Below are positions 23,785-35,886 of a DNA stretch of 64,000 nt, one piece after another. The notes under the pieces were generated by a model, which was not told the DNA's origin, did no database searches, and saw only the letters and a program-made list of their open reading frames with translations. This DNA comes from Dictyostelium discoideum (lineage: Eukaryota): NCBI GenBank assembly GCA_000004695.1, contig CM000154.2, forward strand, positions 256,001 to 320,000, read 5' to 3'. The translations under genes and the position numbers were made by a program. How positions within the stretch are numbered: position 1 is the first letter of the stretch; every line of letters begins with the position of its first letter.

Positions 23785-23870
23785 TTAACCAACCCCTCTT
23801 TTAGAGACCCTGTAAAAAAAAAAAAAAAAAACTCATTTAAGATTTTAATTTCAAAAAAAAAAAAATAAAA
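22732..23870 (+). mobile_element. 5'-truncated TRE5-A fragment: ORF2 C-terminal zinc-knuckle region, oligo(A), degenerate B-module, C-module, A-tracts
   Basis: ORF 22696..23385 carries CQQCGEDETSEHIFFNCKAH, a Cys/His motif typical of non-LTR ORF2 C-termini. It ends with the same ...AIELPKHLKKYNNSLSTFYK* as the element at 14.8 kb. Then comes (A)n-cctgggaacccaagttaat and a degenerate copy of the ORF1 start. The fragment is head-to-head about 48 bp upstream of tRNA-Ile. The 23.4-23.9 kb part has many homopolymer anomalies (cccc, gggg) suggesting low read quality. Confidence 0.6.
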
Positions 23871-23953
23871 AATAAAAAAATGAAGATCAAGGCAATGAAA
23901 AAGCGACAAAAAAAAAAAACGATAAAAAAAAAAACTACAAAAACATTTAGCAT

Positions 23954-24784
23954 CTATAAGTCATTTAAAAAAAAAAAAAAAAAAAACTCATTTAAGATTT
24001 TATTAAAATTTAATATCTGTTTCTTCCAACTCTGTGAAATTTTTTTTATCTTTAAATATTTTTCTATAATTAAAATATTTTTTCTGGAAAATTTTGGATT
24101 TTGAGCATCCTCCTTATTTTCACCATTAATATCATTGCCACTACTATTACTACTACTATTACTACTACTAATACTACCATTATTAATACACACGCTAACA
24201 CCATCTAAAGGTGTTGGATTATAAAATCCACTCCAATGAACATTGTTTTGAACAACTGATAATTCCAGATTATTATTATTATATTGGTCACAATAGATGT
24301 CTGATGGATAACATTCGACCATATAGTCAGAATCTGCAACAATGTCACATTCTATTTGATTTACTTTAATAGTTAGATCATTTCGAAAAATTTCACTACC
24401 AAACCAACCATTTAGTATAAATAGATTACCAAGAGCACCTCATTTAATTTCTTGTGAGGTAACCATAGTATTAGGTATCTTACAATTTGAAGCAGTCCAT
24501 TGAATAGTACAATTACATTGACCAAATAAATAATCACAAATTCCACCATTACTACAACCTAATCCTTCATTACATAGTCTACCACTACAATCATCGAATA
24601 TTCTATTTTCATTACATTCGCATTTACCATTAATATTATTACAAATACCACCATCATTATTACTACAATCTGATGAGCATTTCAATGGTTTTTGTTCACA
24701 TTGATAACCTCTCCTTTCATTTGAAAAACAACCACAAACTCCACTCTCTTTATTATATACACCTCCATTTTTTATATTACACAC
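23954..24784 (-). pseudogene. EGF-like Cys-rich protein gene remnant with an in-frame TGA
   Basis: Minus-strand ORFs 24440..24784 (CGCFSNERRGYQCEQKPLKCSSDCSNNDGGICNNINGKCECNENRIFDDCSGRLCNEGLGCSNGGICDYLFGQCNC, EGF-like spacing) and 23954..24322 are in the same frame, separated by a TGA at about 24437-24439. No signal peptide or start is found upstream. It is embedded in retroelement debris. Confidence 0.35.
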
Positions 24785-25084
24785 TGGAACTGGACAATTA
24801 AAATTTCATTCAATTTGAAATTAAAACTATTTGAATGGGATAGAACATTTAAGAAGAATGGAAATAAAAAATTCTCAAATAGATCTTACGTGGAAGATAA
24901 TGAATAAGTTGGAAAAGTTTATCCACGAATTCACAACTGATGAAAACTTATGTACTGAACATTTAACCCTTTATTGCTCTTTCAATACTAATTGTTTAAA
25001 TTCAAACAATACATATATATATAATACTTAAATAAAAATAAATGTAAATAGGACACATCTTAGCTTGGGATGAGTCATTAAAAA

Positions 25085-25160
25085 AAAAAAAAACTTTTAA
25101 AATACAAAAATCTCAAAGAGAAGCAACTAATAATTGCGTTATCCAATTCAAAAAAAAAAA
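25085..25160 (+). mobile_element. Isolated TRE5-A C-module 3'-terminal fragment with oligo(A)
   Basis: atctcaaagagaagcaactaataattgcgttatccaattc(A)20 matches the C-module end at 15200..15257. A second tail-like copy (gagttatccaattcg(A)9) lies at 25252..25275. Confidence 0.5.
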
Positions 25161-25959
25161 AAAAAAAAAGCATTTTAAAATACAAATTGAGATCCAATTC
25201 AAATAAAAAGGTTTTAAAATACTAAATGGATCAAGAGAAACAGATCAGCTGAGTTATCCAATTCGAAAAAAAAAGTTAAAAAATACTTTTTTTTTAATGA
25301 TTTTGTTAGGGCAATGTTTAATTCCAACAGGTAAAGTTAAAGCAGAAGCATTAAGAAGGTAAATCTAAAGGATCAAAAAATTTTTTTTTGGTATTTTTGG
25401 TGACAAAAGATTTAAACCATTGTGATAATATTGGTTGTGCATTTAGTTTTGGAATGATTGTTAAGATCGCAGCCATGAATCAAATTATCACCAAAATTCA
25501 CCTAACTATAGAACGTATTGATAACTTAAATGAAAATAATGGAGGTCTTTTAAAATGTATTTAGAGTTGAAACCATTGGTGAGAGGTCCTCTTGAAAATA
25601 TGACAACCACTCATGCAACATAAAGTTCCAAATGTTAAATAAGAAAAATCCGGTCATATTTAAATACAATCAAGTTATGGCTGTCCGCAATGCAAAAAAA
25701 TCAAAATATTGGAAAATAGTTTCCACTACCGGCGAAATAAGAGTTTGAGACTTACTTCGAGGTTTCATTCACCTTCTCAAGCCCGGTTGTGATGCTAAAA
25801 ATGCTTCTTTGTCCAACGCTGGTCATTTTGGATTAAAATTTTATTATGTACTTCAAAGGAAACACCGGAAAAAAGTATATTCTAATTGTAGATAAAATTT
25901 AAAAATAAATATGAATTCATTTTAATTAATTTTTTTTTTGAATGGATAAATAAAAATCT

Positions 25960-25995
25960 TTTTTTTTTTTTGAATTGGATAACGCAATAATTTTT
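25960..25995 (-). mobile_element. Inverted TRE5-A C-module tail fragment
   Basis: The plus strand reads (T)n-gaattggataacgcaataatt-(T)n, which is the revcomp of aattattgcgttatccaattc(A)n. Confidence 0.45.
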
Positions 25996-26087
25996 TTTTT
26001 TTTTTTTTTTTTTTGGTTTTTTTTTTTTTTTTTTTTGGTTACGTAAAATGATAAATAAAAATCTAGATTCCGTTATTTTTGAAAAAA

Positions 26088-26350
26088 TGTAATAAAGCTT
26101 GTTAGCTTTATAAATATATAATTAATAATTATATAATTGAATAATACTTTGTTATCTTTATTTAATATTAGTTTATATTTATAATATTCAATATTGTTTA
26201 TAAAATTATTCTTTAGTATTTATATTATTTATAATGAGTTGACAGTATTATTATTATTATTATTATATTATTTAAATGTGTGTCAACTATAATTAGTAAT
26301 GTAATATGCATATTTAATATCTATTAATTTTATAGAGTAACTTTATTACA
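26088..26350 (-). repeat. LTR (263 bp) of a Ty3/gypsy-type retrotransposon, with an adjacent polypurine tract
   Basis: On the minus strand it starts TGTAATAAAG and ends CTTTATTACA, a 10-bp terminal inverted repeat with TG...CA ends. The PPT AAAAGGGGGGG lies immediately 5' at 26351..26365 and the internal ORF ends inside the LTR start. Confidence 0.65.
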
Positions 26351-26947
26351 TATCCCCCCCTTTTAGTTGAAAAAAATTTTTCAATCTTTTAATATAAAAC
26401 ACATCATGATTTTTAATATTATCCAATACTAATTTGAATTTTAAATCGCTAACTCTCTCGTGTACTTTGAAAAGACCTTCCCAAGATTTATTGAGCTTTA
26501 CTGGACCAACAGTGGATTGTAAATAGACATAATCTCCTACTTGAATATTTGAACGAGAAACTTTTTTATTAATTTGTGATAATTGGTCTTTACCAAGATT
26601 ATCCTTAATGAGACAAGGACGTTTGAGGTTATTATTTACAATTTGGGCGAAATTATGAGCAAAATCTAATCTTGATAAATTTGTACATGGATTTCTTATT
26701 AATGGTTGAATTGAGGTTATTTGTGATTTAATTATTGAATTCTCTGTTTGATTTAATGATATTGATTTTAATGGTAAATTCGATGTTATTGGTGAATCTA
26801 TTGGTTCTTGGAATAAGAATTCTGGAATATCGTAATCTATTGGTAGTTGTTCTTCAATAGTTGGATACGATTTGATTGATAGTATATGATGAGAATTAAA
26901 ATTTTCAATTAAATGATCAGTATCTGTTAATAATTCTGATTTTGATG

Positions 26948-26978
<31 letters not shown>

Positions 26979-28010
26979 TGAATAATCAGATACTGTTTTA
27001 AATATAGTTTGTATACATGGTTGGGTTTCTTTAGATATTAATTTGGTACCAACATTGAATTCAAGATTCTTAATGATCATTTCTTTAAAATCAATGACTA
27101 AATTTAATCCAATTATTGTATCAATGCCAAATATACAATCAATTGATGTATCATTATCTTTAACAACATTAACTTTAACTCTAGCGAATGCTTTACCTAA
27201 TTTAATTGTTGTGTTACTTATTCCAATGATTTTGATTTGATTATTTGATGCTGATTTAACAGAATATTGTTCATTTTCAATCTTTAATTTTAACTTTTTA
27301 GCAATACTTTCCCAAACAATAGTAAGTGATGAACCAGTATCAATCAAACCTCTAACATTTTTATTATTTATTAATAAAGCTGCATTCATACTATCTATTC
27401 CAATTGAATTAATTGTACTATTATTGACCATTGTAATTGAATTAGTTCTATTATTGTAATTGTTATTATTATTTTTATCTTTTGACCAACACTCTTGAAT
27501 TACATGACCTTTCTTTTTGCAATATTTACAAAATTTTGTGATTGAATTTACTTGATTTTGTGGTGCTTTATAAGGGGATGATTGTGGTGACATTTGTGGT
27601 GATCGATTATAATATTGATTTTTAAAAATTGGTGTTGAAATTTCTTCAGATTCAATTGATTGTTGTTCGTTTTGAGATGTAACATATTGAGGGGATGTTG
27701 CAGAATAACCAGAACCCGAACCTAGATATCTTTGATTACCAAATTCTTGCAACGTCTTTGCAACTAATTGACCAGTGTACATTGATCTACCTTTGATACG
27801 AATTGAACCATCTTCACAAGACTTTGCAATATCTATTGCTCTTTTTAATGATTTTGGTGCACATTTTGTAATTTTAATACCCAATTCAGTACCAACAGCT
27901 GAATAAAACAATTGTATTTTAAACTTTTCTGAAATATCAACTGCTGAACATTTTGATAGAAATTTACCAATTAATATATCTAATGTATTGTATTTATATT
28001 CTCCCAACTT
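26346..28010 (-). mobile_element. Internally deleted LTR-retrotransposon coding region (gag with CCHC knuckle, aspartic protease, then integrase C-terminal domain), DGLT-A-like
   Basis: - Gag: CKYCKKKGHVIQEC.
- Protease: LIDTGSSLTIVW.
- No RT, RNase H or integrase core.
- The C-terminus IQVGDYVYLQSTVGPVKLNKSWEGLFKVHERVSDLKFKLVLDNIKNHDVFYIKRLK matches the GPY/F-type integrase C-terminal module of Ty3/gypsy elements.
- The upstream side runs into the assembly gap (28011..28111) directly abutting tRNA-Gly. tRNA-upstream targeting is the hallmark of DGLT-A.
- The ORF-track entry 26346..28238 is artefactually extended through the gap and the tRNA. Confidence 0.55.
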
Positions 28011-28111
28011 GNNNNNNNNNNNNNNNNNNNNNNNNNNNNNNNNNNNNNNNNNNNNNNNNNNNNNNNNNNNNNNNNNNNNNNNNNNNNNNNNNNNNNNNNN
28101 NNNNNNNNNNN
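28011..28111. other. Assembly gap (100 N); a single n also at 30552
   Basis: A run of N characters. The true size is unknown; it probably hides the 5' LTR of the adjacent element. Confidence 0.95.
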
Positions 28112-28120
28112 ATATAAAAA

Positions 28121-28191
28121 GCGTATGTGGTCTAGTGGTATGATGCATCCCTGCCACGGATGCGAACTGGGTTCGATTCCCAGCATACGCA
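28121..28191 (+). tRNA. tRNA-Gly (anticodon GCC)
   Basis: GCGTATG TG GTCTAGTGGTATGAT G CATCC CTGCCAC GGATG CGAA CTGGG TTCGATT CCCAG CATACGC A. The acceptor stem is perfect, the anticodon loop is CTGCCAC and the variable loop is 4 nt, as in Gly tRNAs. A candidate exB, GGTTCAATTCC, lies at 28232..28242. Confidence 0.85.
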
Positions 28192-28598
28192 TAATTTTCC
28201 ATTTGTTCAATTTGTTCGATTATAGAACGTAGGTTCAATTCCCTAAAAAATCATGAGTCTGTATTTATATACAGAGTTGCACATCTCTAGAAAAACAATT
28301 TTATTTTTAATAATATAAAAAAACCTCTCAAACAAAGTCAAACCAGTAAAAAAAAAACCAAAAACAATCAAACAACCCAAACACTATTCAAAAATCAATT
28401 AAAAAAACAAATAATCAACAAACCATAATAAATGGAAACAATGTGGGTAGTTCAAACATTCCACTACAAAAATCCAGCCAAATTCCAATTTAAAAAAAAA
28501 AAATTTAAGAAAAAAGATACAATCGAGTTTTTTTTTTTTTTTTTTTAGTAATAAATTAAATAATTTTATTTTATTTTTATTTTATTTTTTTTTATTTT

Positions 28599-31500
28599 TT
28601 ATCTTTTCATATGATTAATAAATCTTAAAGCTAAATAACCAAGAAAAGTGTAAGCGCAGAAATAACCACCAAGGATTATTAAATTATAAAATTGACGATC
28701 GTAAGCGTCGTTCATACCATATTGCAAAAGCATAGTATCACCACTTTGAATGGCACAATATTTTTTAGTGAAATTTGTTCCGGCAATAGGAATTATACTA
28801 TATTGATCTTCTTCACAAAAAAAAGGTTCACCTTTAAGTTCAGTGATACTTAGAGTTTCCAAGCCATATTTAGAAAAGACCAAATAATGCATCCAAATCC
28901 AACCTCTTGGAATATTGTTTACTGGAATGAAGAAACCACCGAAAAGACCCAAGAAATTCAAGCCAACACCAGAGACCAAAATCGCAATTGGAATGGTAGG
29001 TAGAGTGAGTGCGAATAAAGTTGCCAAACTATCGTAACACATGATAACCAAAAGATAAACACTGAGAGAGAAGAAAAACTTCCAACCATGATCGCCCAAT
29101 GTTAATCCAGTTAAAAAGAACATTGGTATCCAATAGGAGAAAGCAGTTAAAACCATCATTGGTAAATCAGTGATAACACTTGCCAAAATATAAAGATGGG
29201 CTGGATAAGTACCAGCTGATGATTCTCTGTAATAGACTGAACGATCTTCGACGATGGTTGGTACTTTACCAATGGAAGCCATACCACCAAAGAGGAAACC
29301 CAAGAAAACCAAAGCGATTCTATTACGTGCACCAGTTTGATCATTATCCAATCTAAGAAAGAGAGTACCAATTACAATTGCAGGAATGAATGAACGTAAG
29401 AATCTAAGTAGAATAGTTTGTGGACGACGAACATGATTTAACCAACCTCTTTTAACCAAACTATGAAGTTGAGCTGTTGCAGGAGCAGAGTATTTACCTT
29501 TATATTTTGGAACGTCAACACCCTCTGGTACGATAGTTTTTGATTCCAATCTTTGAATTGAATTTGAATAATGAATGGATGATTTAAAGTAATCACTTGC
29601 ACTTTGACCTGTTGATGGTGGATGTTCAGCGATTTCCAAAATGAAATCAGCTGGATTTCTACCATGTTCATATTGATAACCTGCACTTGTGAAATGTTGA
29701 ATAACGGTTGAACTATTGTCACCAGTATCACCAAAATAAATTACTTTACCCTTGTCCAAGAGTAAAAGTTGATCGAATTTCTCAAAGATTTCTTGTGATG
29801 GTTGATGAATTGTACAAACTACAGTTCTACCAGATTCTGCAATCTTTTTAACACAATTCATAACTTTTAAAGCGGCTGAAGAATCTAAACCAGAGGTAGG
29901 TTCATCAAGGAAAATCAAATGAGGATCTGAAGCCAACTCAATACCAATACTAACTTTTTTACGATTTGCCAATGAAATACCCAATGTTGGATTTGGACCA
30001 ATGGTTGTATTTTGCATTTTAGTTAGAGAGAGAACTGATAAAATCTCATCGATTAATTTAACTCTATCCTTTTGAAGATAAGATGATGGTAAACGACAAT
30101 TTGCACTAAATTCAATTGCTTCACGAACTGTTAAATTTGCAGAAAGAATATCTTGTTGTTCAACATAACCAGTGAAACGAGTGATATTCATATCCTTTAC
30201 CAACTGACCATTGATTCTAATGTCACCAGTGATTGTACCAACATTTTTTCTCTTTGCCAATACATCCATTAATGTTGATTTACCAGCACCTGAAGGACCC
30301 ATTAAAGCGCACATACCTGGAACAATGAAACCATTTACATCCTTTAGTAACTCTAAGGTTACTTTTTCCTTTTTACCAGTTTCTTTATTATCTTTAACAG
30401 AGGGTACAACATAATTTAAATTTTGAAAAGTCATATAACAACCATTCCATTTATGTTTAACCTCTTTATCCTTTTTATCTTTTTTCTCTTTCTTTTTCTT
30501 TAATTTAATTTGTCTTGGTGGTTTTTTATTTTCAAATCTAATATATTTAACNCCTAAAAAGAAGATGAAAAAGAATGTACAAACGAAACCTAAAATGATT
30601 ACAATATCAACCCAACGCATATAAGAATTATCAGAGAAACCAAATTGATTTAAAAAATCACTACCAGTACTATATTGACAAATTTGATTACCTTGATAAC
30701 CACCATCGGCATACGATACATTTAATAGAGGATAATTTGATGGTGGAATCTTTTCCATTGGTGAACAATGAAATTCCAAACCATACAATTCATTCGATGA
30801 TACCATATCGATTACATATCTCAATGGTGATAATGCATTTAACCAAATCCACCAACCTGGAATTTGTAAACGACTAATCATATAACCTGACATAATCATA
30901 AATAATACAACTATCGCTGGACAAATTAAACTTGCCAATAATTGAGCCGATGTGAAAGCTGATGTAACTTGAAAAATACCTTGAGCAATTAAATTGGTCA
31001 ATGCCATACCCAATATGAAAACTATGAAATTATCAACACGTGCTTGAAAACCTGCAATCCAATAACAACAACTTGAAAATAATATTGCCTCTATCAATGA
31101 GATTGGAATTTTAGTGATTACCAATGATAAAAAGTATGGGAAATTTCTATAATACTTTGAGTCCTTTTGGTCATCGAAAATGCCTCTTAATGTGAAAAAC
31201 TCTTCAACACTACCAATCGTTGTCCAAATATGTAATACCATTGCAAAGTAAACTAATCCAAATCTATTTCTAGCATCAGCTTGTGTGAACCCCATCTTAA
31301 CAAATAATGATCCGATTACACAACCCATAAAAATGGCTTGAAAGAAACGTACTGCATATTGCATTTTCATAATTTTCATAACTTTAATATGACGTGCCAA
31401 TAAATGTTTTAATTCATAACGTACTGATGATTTACCATTATCACCAGTTTCTAATTTCTTTATTAAATGATCTGAAACTTTAATATCACTTGGTATTAAT

Positions 31501-32788
31501 TGTTGCATTGATTGTATTGTTTTTTGATTTAATTCAGATTCTTTAAATAATTTAACCAAATCCATCTTTTCAACATTTCCACTATCTGCACCACCTAATA
31601 ATAAACTTTTGCTTTCGTCATCACCACCATCTTTTGATGATAATTCAATTTTATCAGTTATCATATATTTTGAAGGTTCAACTGAAACCTCTTGCATAAA
31701 TTCTGCCAATGGTTGGTTTGGTAATGGTGCTAATCCAATCGATGAGAAATAAGGTAATAAATTATTTAATTCTCCAAAGTAAATTAAATTACCACCTTCA
31801 CCTAAAATTAAAATGTCATCGAATAAATTGGTTAATTCAACCGATGGTTGTAATAATGATACCATAACCGATGCTTTTGCCTCTTTGGCAATGGTTTTAA
31901 CTTTTGATATTACATTATAGGATGTTGCTGAATCCAAGCCTGTCGAAGGTTCATCCATTAATATTAAATTTGGTGATCTTTTTGTAAATTCATTAGCAAT
32001 TGTAACTCTTCTCTTTTGACCACCTGAAATACCTCTAAAAAATTGATTACCAATGATAGTATTTGATGTATGTGAAAGTCCAAGTTGATCCAATACCAAA
32101 TCGACACGTTCACTTTGTTCCTCTTGTGATACATTCTCTCCCATATTACATTTTGCACTAAATTCCAATGTCTCTCTAACTGTCAACAATGCAATATGTC
32201 TATCATCTTGTGAAACGAAAATTGTATCACGTTGATGAGTCGTCTCATCAACTTCATGATTATTAAATTTTAATTCACCTTCAATTTTACCTTTACCTAA
32301 TCTATTACCTAAAACCTTTAATAATAAACTTTTACCTGCTCCTGGTATACCCATTAATAATATCATACGACCAGGCTTTTTTTTTATTTTAATAATAAAA
32401 AAATTAAAAAAAAAAAAAATAAAAAAAAAAAAAATAAAAAAAAATATTAGTATATTAATTTTGTTTAGAGAAAAAAAAAAATAATAATAAAAATAAAAAT
32501 AAAAAAAAATAAAAAAAACTTACTTTCATTGTAAATGAAATATTATTTAATAAATATAATTTACTAAGTTCTTCACTTTCACCTTTTTTAATACTTTTTG
32601 GAATATAATATGATATGTTGTTTGCAGAAACAAACATACCAGTTTTATTTTGAGTTACACGTTGTTTAATATGATTTGAAAGATCATAATTTATATCAAT
32701 TTCAATTGAATCTATATGACTACTAGATGCTGGTGTTGGGTTTTGATATATTATTTTATTATTATCGTCATCATTATTATTAATATCG

Positions 32789-32880
<92 letters not shown>

Positions 32881-32928
32881 ATTATCTGGTGCTTTTTCTT
32901 GGAGTTCAATATTATTTTTATCTTCCAT
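28599..32928 (-). CDS. Full-size ABCG (PDR/white-type) transporter, NBD-TMD-NBD-TMD, about 1394 aa. 2 exons: 32524..32928, 28599..32375
   Basis: Exon 1 (ORF 32455..32928, polyN-rich N-terminus) ends ...ISFTMK at a GTAAGT donor (revcomp aacttac at 32519-32523). An AG acceptor at 32376-32377 joins in phase 0 to PGRMILLMGIPGAGKS (Walker A of NBD1). The second Walker A is GMCALMGPSGAGKSTL, and ABC signature-like motifs ISGGQKRRV and LDEPTSGLDS are present. Two 6-TM hydrophobic blocks follow each NBD. Confidence 0.8.
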
Positions 32929-33208
32929 TTTTATTTTTATTTTTTAATTTAAAAAAAAAAAGAAAAAAATAATATCCTTTTTAAATTAAAAAAAAAAAAA
33001 AAAAGAAAGAAATAACACAAAAAATATTTTTTTTTTTTTTTTGTTTTTTTTTTTTTGTTTTTTTTTTTTAATTTATTTTTTTTTTTTTGAATTCCAGATT
33101 TTAGGAGAAGGAGAGATTAAAAAAATAAAATAAAAAAAATAAAATAAAATAAGATTAAGGAAGTTGGAAGTCTAATTAAGTTGGAGTAAAAAAATTATTT
33201 TATTTTAA

Positions 33209-33243
<35 letters not shown>

Positions 33244-33864
33244 GAGTTTGTCTTTGATTGTTCGTTATTTTTATTTTTATTTTTATTTTTTATTTTTTAT
33301 GGAACAATTGAAACAAAAAAACAAAAAAAAAAAAAAATTTTATAGTTTTTAGGAAATGGTTGAAAAAAAAAAAAATAAAATAAAAAATAAAAAAAAAAAT
33401 AAAAAAAAATTCTTTTTTTTTTTTATTTTTTTTTTGTAAAGGTTGTATGGTTCTCTTCCATTTGCTTTTTTACCAGTCTATTAATAATTTTTACAAGATT
33501 TCATAAGGTGTGAAAGAATTCCTCGCGATTGTCACACCACGAAATTTTGATTTTTTTTTTTTATTTTTAATTTTTATTTTTTTTGTTTTTTTGTTAAAGA
33601 TCAGATTTTTACATTTCTATTGCGAAAAAAAGAAAATGAAAAAAAAAATAAAAATTCAAAAAAAAAAAAAACGTACCCACGTGTTTATTAAAAAAAATTA
33701 ATGAGTCATGACAGAAGAAAAAAAAAAAAAAAAACGTTATTTATGATTTGAAAATAAACTTCTTTTTATAGAAAATACTTTTGGTATGTTCATTAGTATT
33801 TTTTTCTTTTTTTCTTTTATTTTTTTCATATATTATTATTTTTTATAAAAAAAAAAAAAAAATC

Positions 33865-33922
<58 letters not shown>

Positions 33923-34617
33923 GGGAAAAAACAAAAATGTTCCCCCCGCCTTTAAAAAAAAAAAAATTAAAAATTCCAGGTCCCAAAATTCTTTTTTAAG
34001 CCACCTAAAAAAAATCCAAACGGTTTTTTTATTTTTTTTTTAATAAAAAAAAAAAGGGGGCCCCCCGGGGTTTGTTACTTTAAAAAGGGAACGTTATTCC
34101 AAAAGGGTGTTTTTTTTTTTTTTCCCACCAACGTTTAAAATTTTTTTTAAAAAAAAAAAAAAAAGTAATAATAACGTTGCGGGAAAAATAAAAAAAAAAA
34201 AAAAAGTAATTATAACGTTGCGGAAAAAAAAAAAAAAAATTAAAACGTTGGTATTTATTTCTTTTAATCATTTTTAAACTCCAATACTAATTTATTATTC
34301 CCATCATTTCTAATTCCACAATTATCATATATTATTAGTAATACAGTTTTTTCATTTTAGTTACTTGCATGTATGTAAATTTTAATTCCACTTCAAAATT
34401 GGTAATTACCAATAAATTAAAAAAATAATAATAATAATAATTATTAAAAGATAAATAAAAAAAAAAAAAAAAAAAAAAAATGAATTATTATTATTATTTT
34501 AAATCAAATAATTGTTTTTATATTTTTAAATAAACGAGTTTATTTTTATTTATTTATATTTACAATATATTAATTTTTTCCCCAAAGTTAATTCCTTTTT
34601 TTTTTTTTTTCAATTTA

Positions 34618-35886
34618 TCAATATAATTGATAATCTTTATTAAAAGTATTACCAAATAATGATCTATCAATTGAATTATATAAATTTCTAACTTCAACAT
34701 TTGGAATTCCATAAATTGAATCGATTCTCCAAATGGCACAACCTAACAAACCAGTTTCAGCCAATTTATAATAAGTTGACTTTGCATTATCATATTGAAT
34801 TTGATAAATATCACCATTTTGATCTAATTGATAATTTAAATAGGGAGTTCTAGAATTTATATTCCAAAGTTCCATTGAAGTTTTATAACCACTACCCAAA
34901 CCATTCTTATATTGAATTATATCTTTATAATAAACTTTTCTTTTTGAATTTAAATCAATTTTACATGAACTTAAAAATATATTGTAAGGTTCATTATTAT
35001 TATTATTATTATTATTATTACATTTAAATTGATAACCATACCATGGTATTGATAATATCAATTTATTAGGATCAATTAATTTTTGAGTTATCCAATATTT
35101 ATAGATTTCATTTCTAACGACAACTCCATCTGAATTTGGTCTTGCCAAATCGAATGATGAGTCTAGGTCATAGGCATTCACCATAATGAAATCACAATTT
35201 GTTGAAATTGATTTAACATCATAGTTTCCAATTTTTAATGGTAATGAAACTGAGAAATGTGACGATACAATATTTCTTTTTAATGCTTGGCTAAATTTAA
35301 AAATTTTTAATTTATAATTTATATCAACTGGAAATTTAAAATATAATGATGCACCATCAGCTTCAACTTCTTTAATTTGATTAATTATTACATCTATTGA
35401 AGTTTCCATAACCTCTATTGATTTATAACCTTGAATTTCATTATAGGATACCATTAATGAAACCAAAACTTGATTTGAATGAGCTATTTTTATAATTTCT
35501 TTTAAATTTTTTAAATCTCTTGGAATTAATAATATATCAATTGATTCCCATATAATTGATCCAGCATATTTATCTTTATTATTAAAATCATTAAATCCAT
35601 TATAATTACTATTATTATAATAATTTAAATCATCACTTAAACTATAACCAATTATTAATTTTTTATTTTTATTATTATTTTTAAATAATTTATTTAAATT
35701 ATTATTATTATTATTATTATTATTTATATTGATATTATAGTTTAAAATTAAATTTGATGAAGAATTTATATCTGTATCAACCACATTGGAACTTTGAACT
35801 TTTATTTTTTTTTCATTTATAAAATTAATTATACAAATATATATTATAAATAAATTTATTATTTTTTTTTTAAAAATTGATTTCAT
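34618..35886 (-). CDS. Secreted GH18 (chitinase-like) family protein, catalytic motif degenerate (probably inactive)
   Basis: 422-aa ORF with a signal peptide. GH18 landmarks are present: MVNAYDL (MxYD), SIPWYGYQF and GCAIWRIDS. The DxxDxDxE catalytic motif is replaced by EADGASLYFKF (Lys in place of the catalytic Glu). Confidence 0.6.
   Translation of the reverse strand: MKSIFKKKIINLFIIYICIINFINEKKIKVQSSNVVDTDINSSSNLILNYNININNNNNNNNNLNKLFKNNNKNKKLIIGYSLSDDLNYYNNSNYNGFNDFNNKDKYAGSIIWESIDILLIPRDLKNLKEIIKIAHSNQVLVSLMVSYNEIQGYKSIEVMETSIDVIINQIKEVEADGASLYFKFPVDINYKLKIFKFSQALKRNIVSSHFSVSLPLKIGNYDVKSISTNCDFIMVNAYDLDSSFDLARPNSDGVVVRNEIYKYWITQKLIDPNKLILSIPWYGYQFKCNNNNNNNNNEPYNIFLSSCKIDLNSKRKVYYKDIIQYKNGLGSGYKTSMELWNINSRTPYLNYQLDQNGDIYQIQYDNAKSTYYKLAETGLLGCAIWRIDSIYGIPNVEVRNLYNSIDRSLFGNTFNKDYQLY

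Noticed and set aside
26346-28238. 630-aa ORF 26346..28238 with X residues
   Set aside because: The 5' 230 nt read through the 100-N gap and the antisense of tRNA-Gly. Only 26346..28010 is retroelement coding sequence.
33000-34600. Short ORFs 33510..33701, 33781..33999, 34080..34271
   Set aside because: They sit in homopolymer-rich and apparently low-quality sequence, and their translations are poly-F/K.
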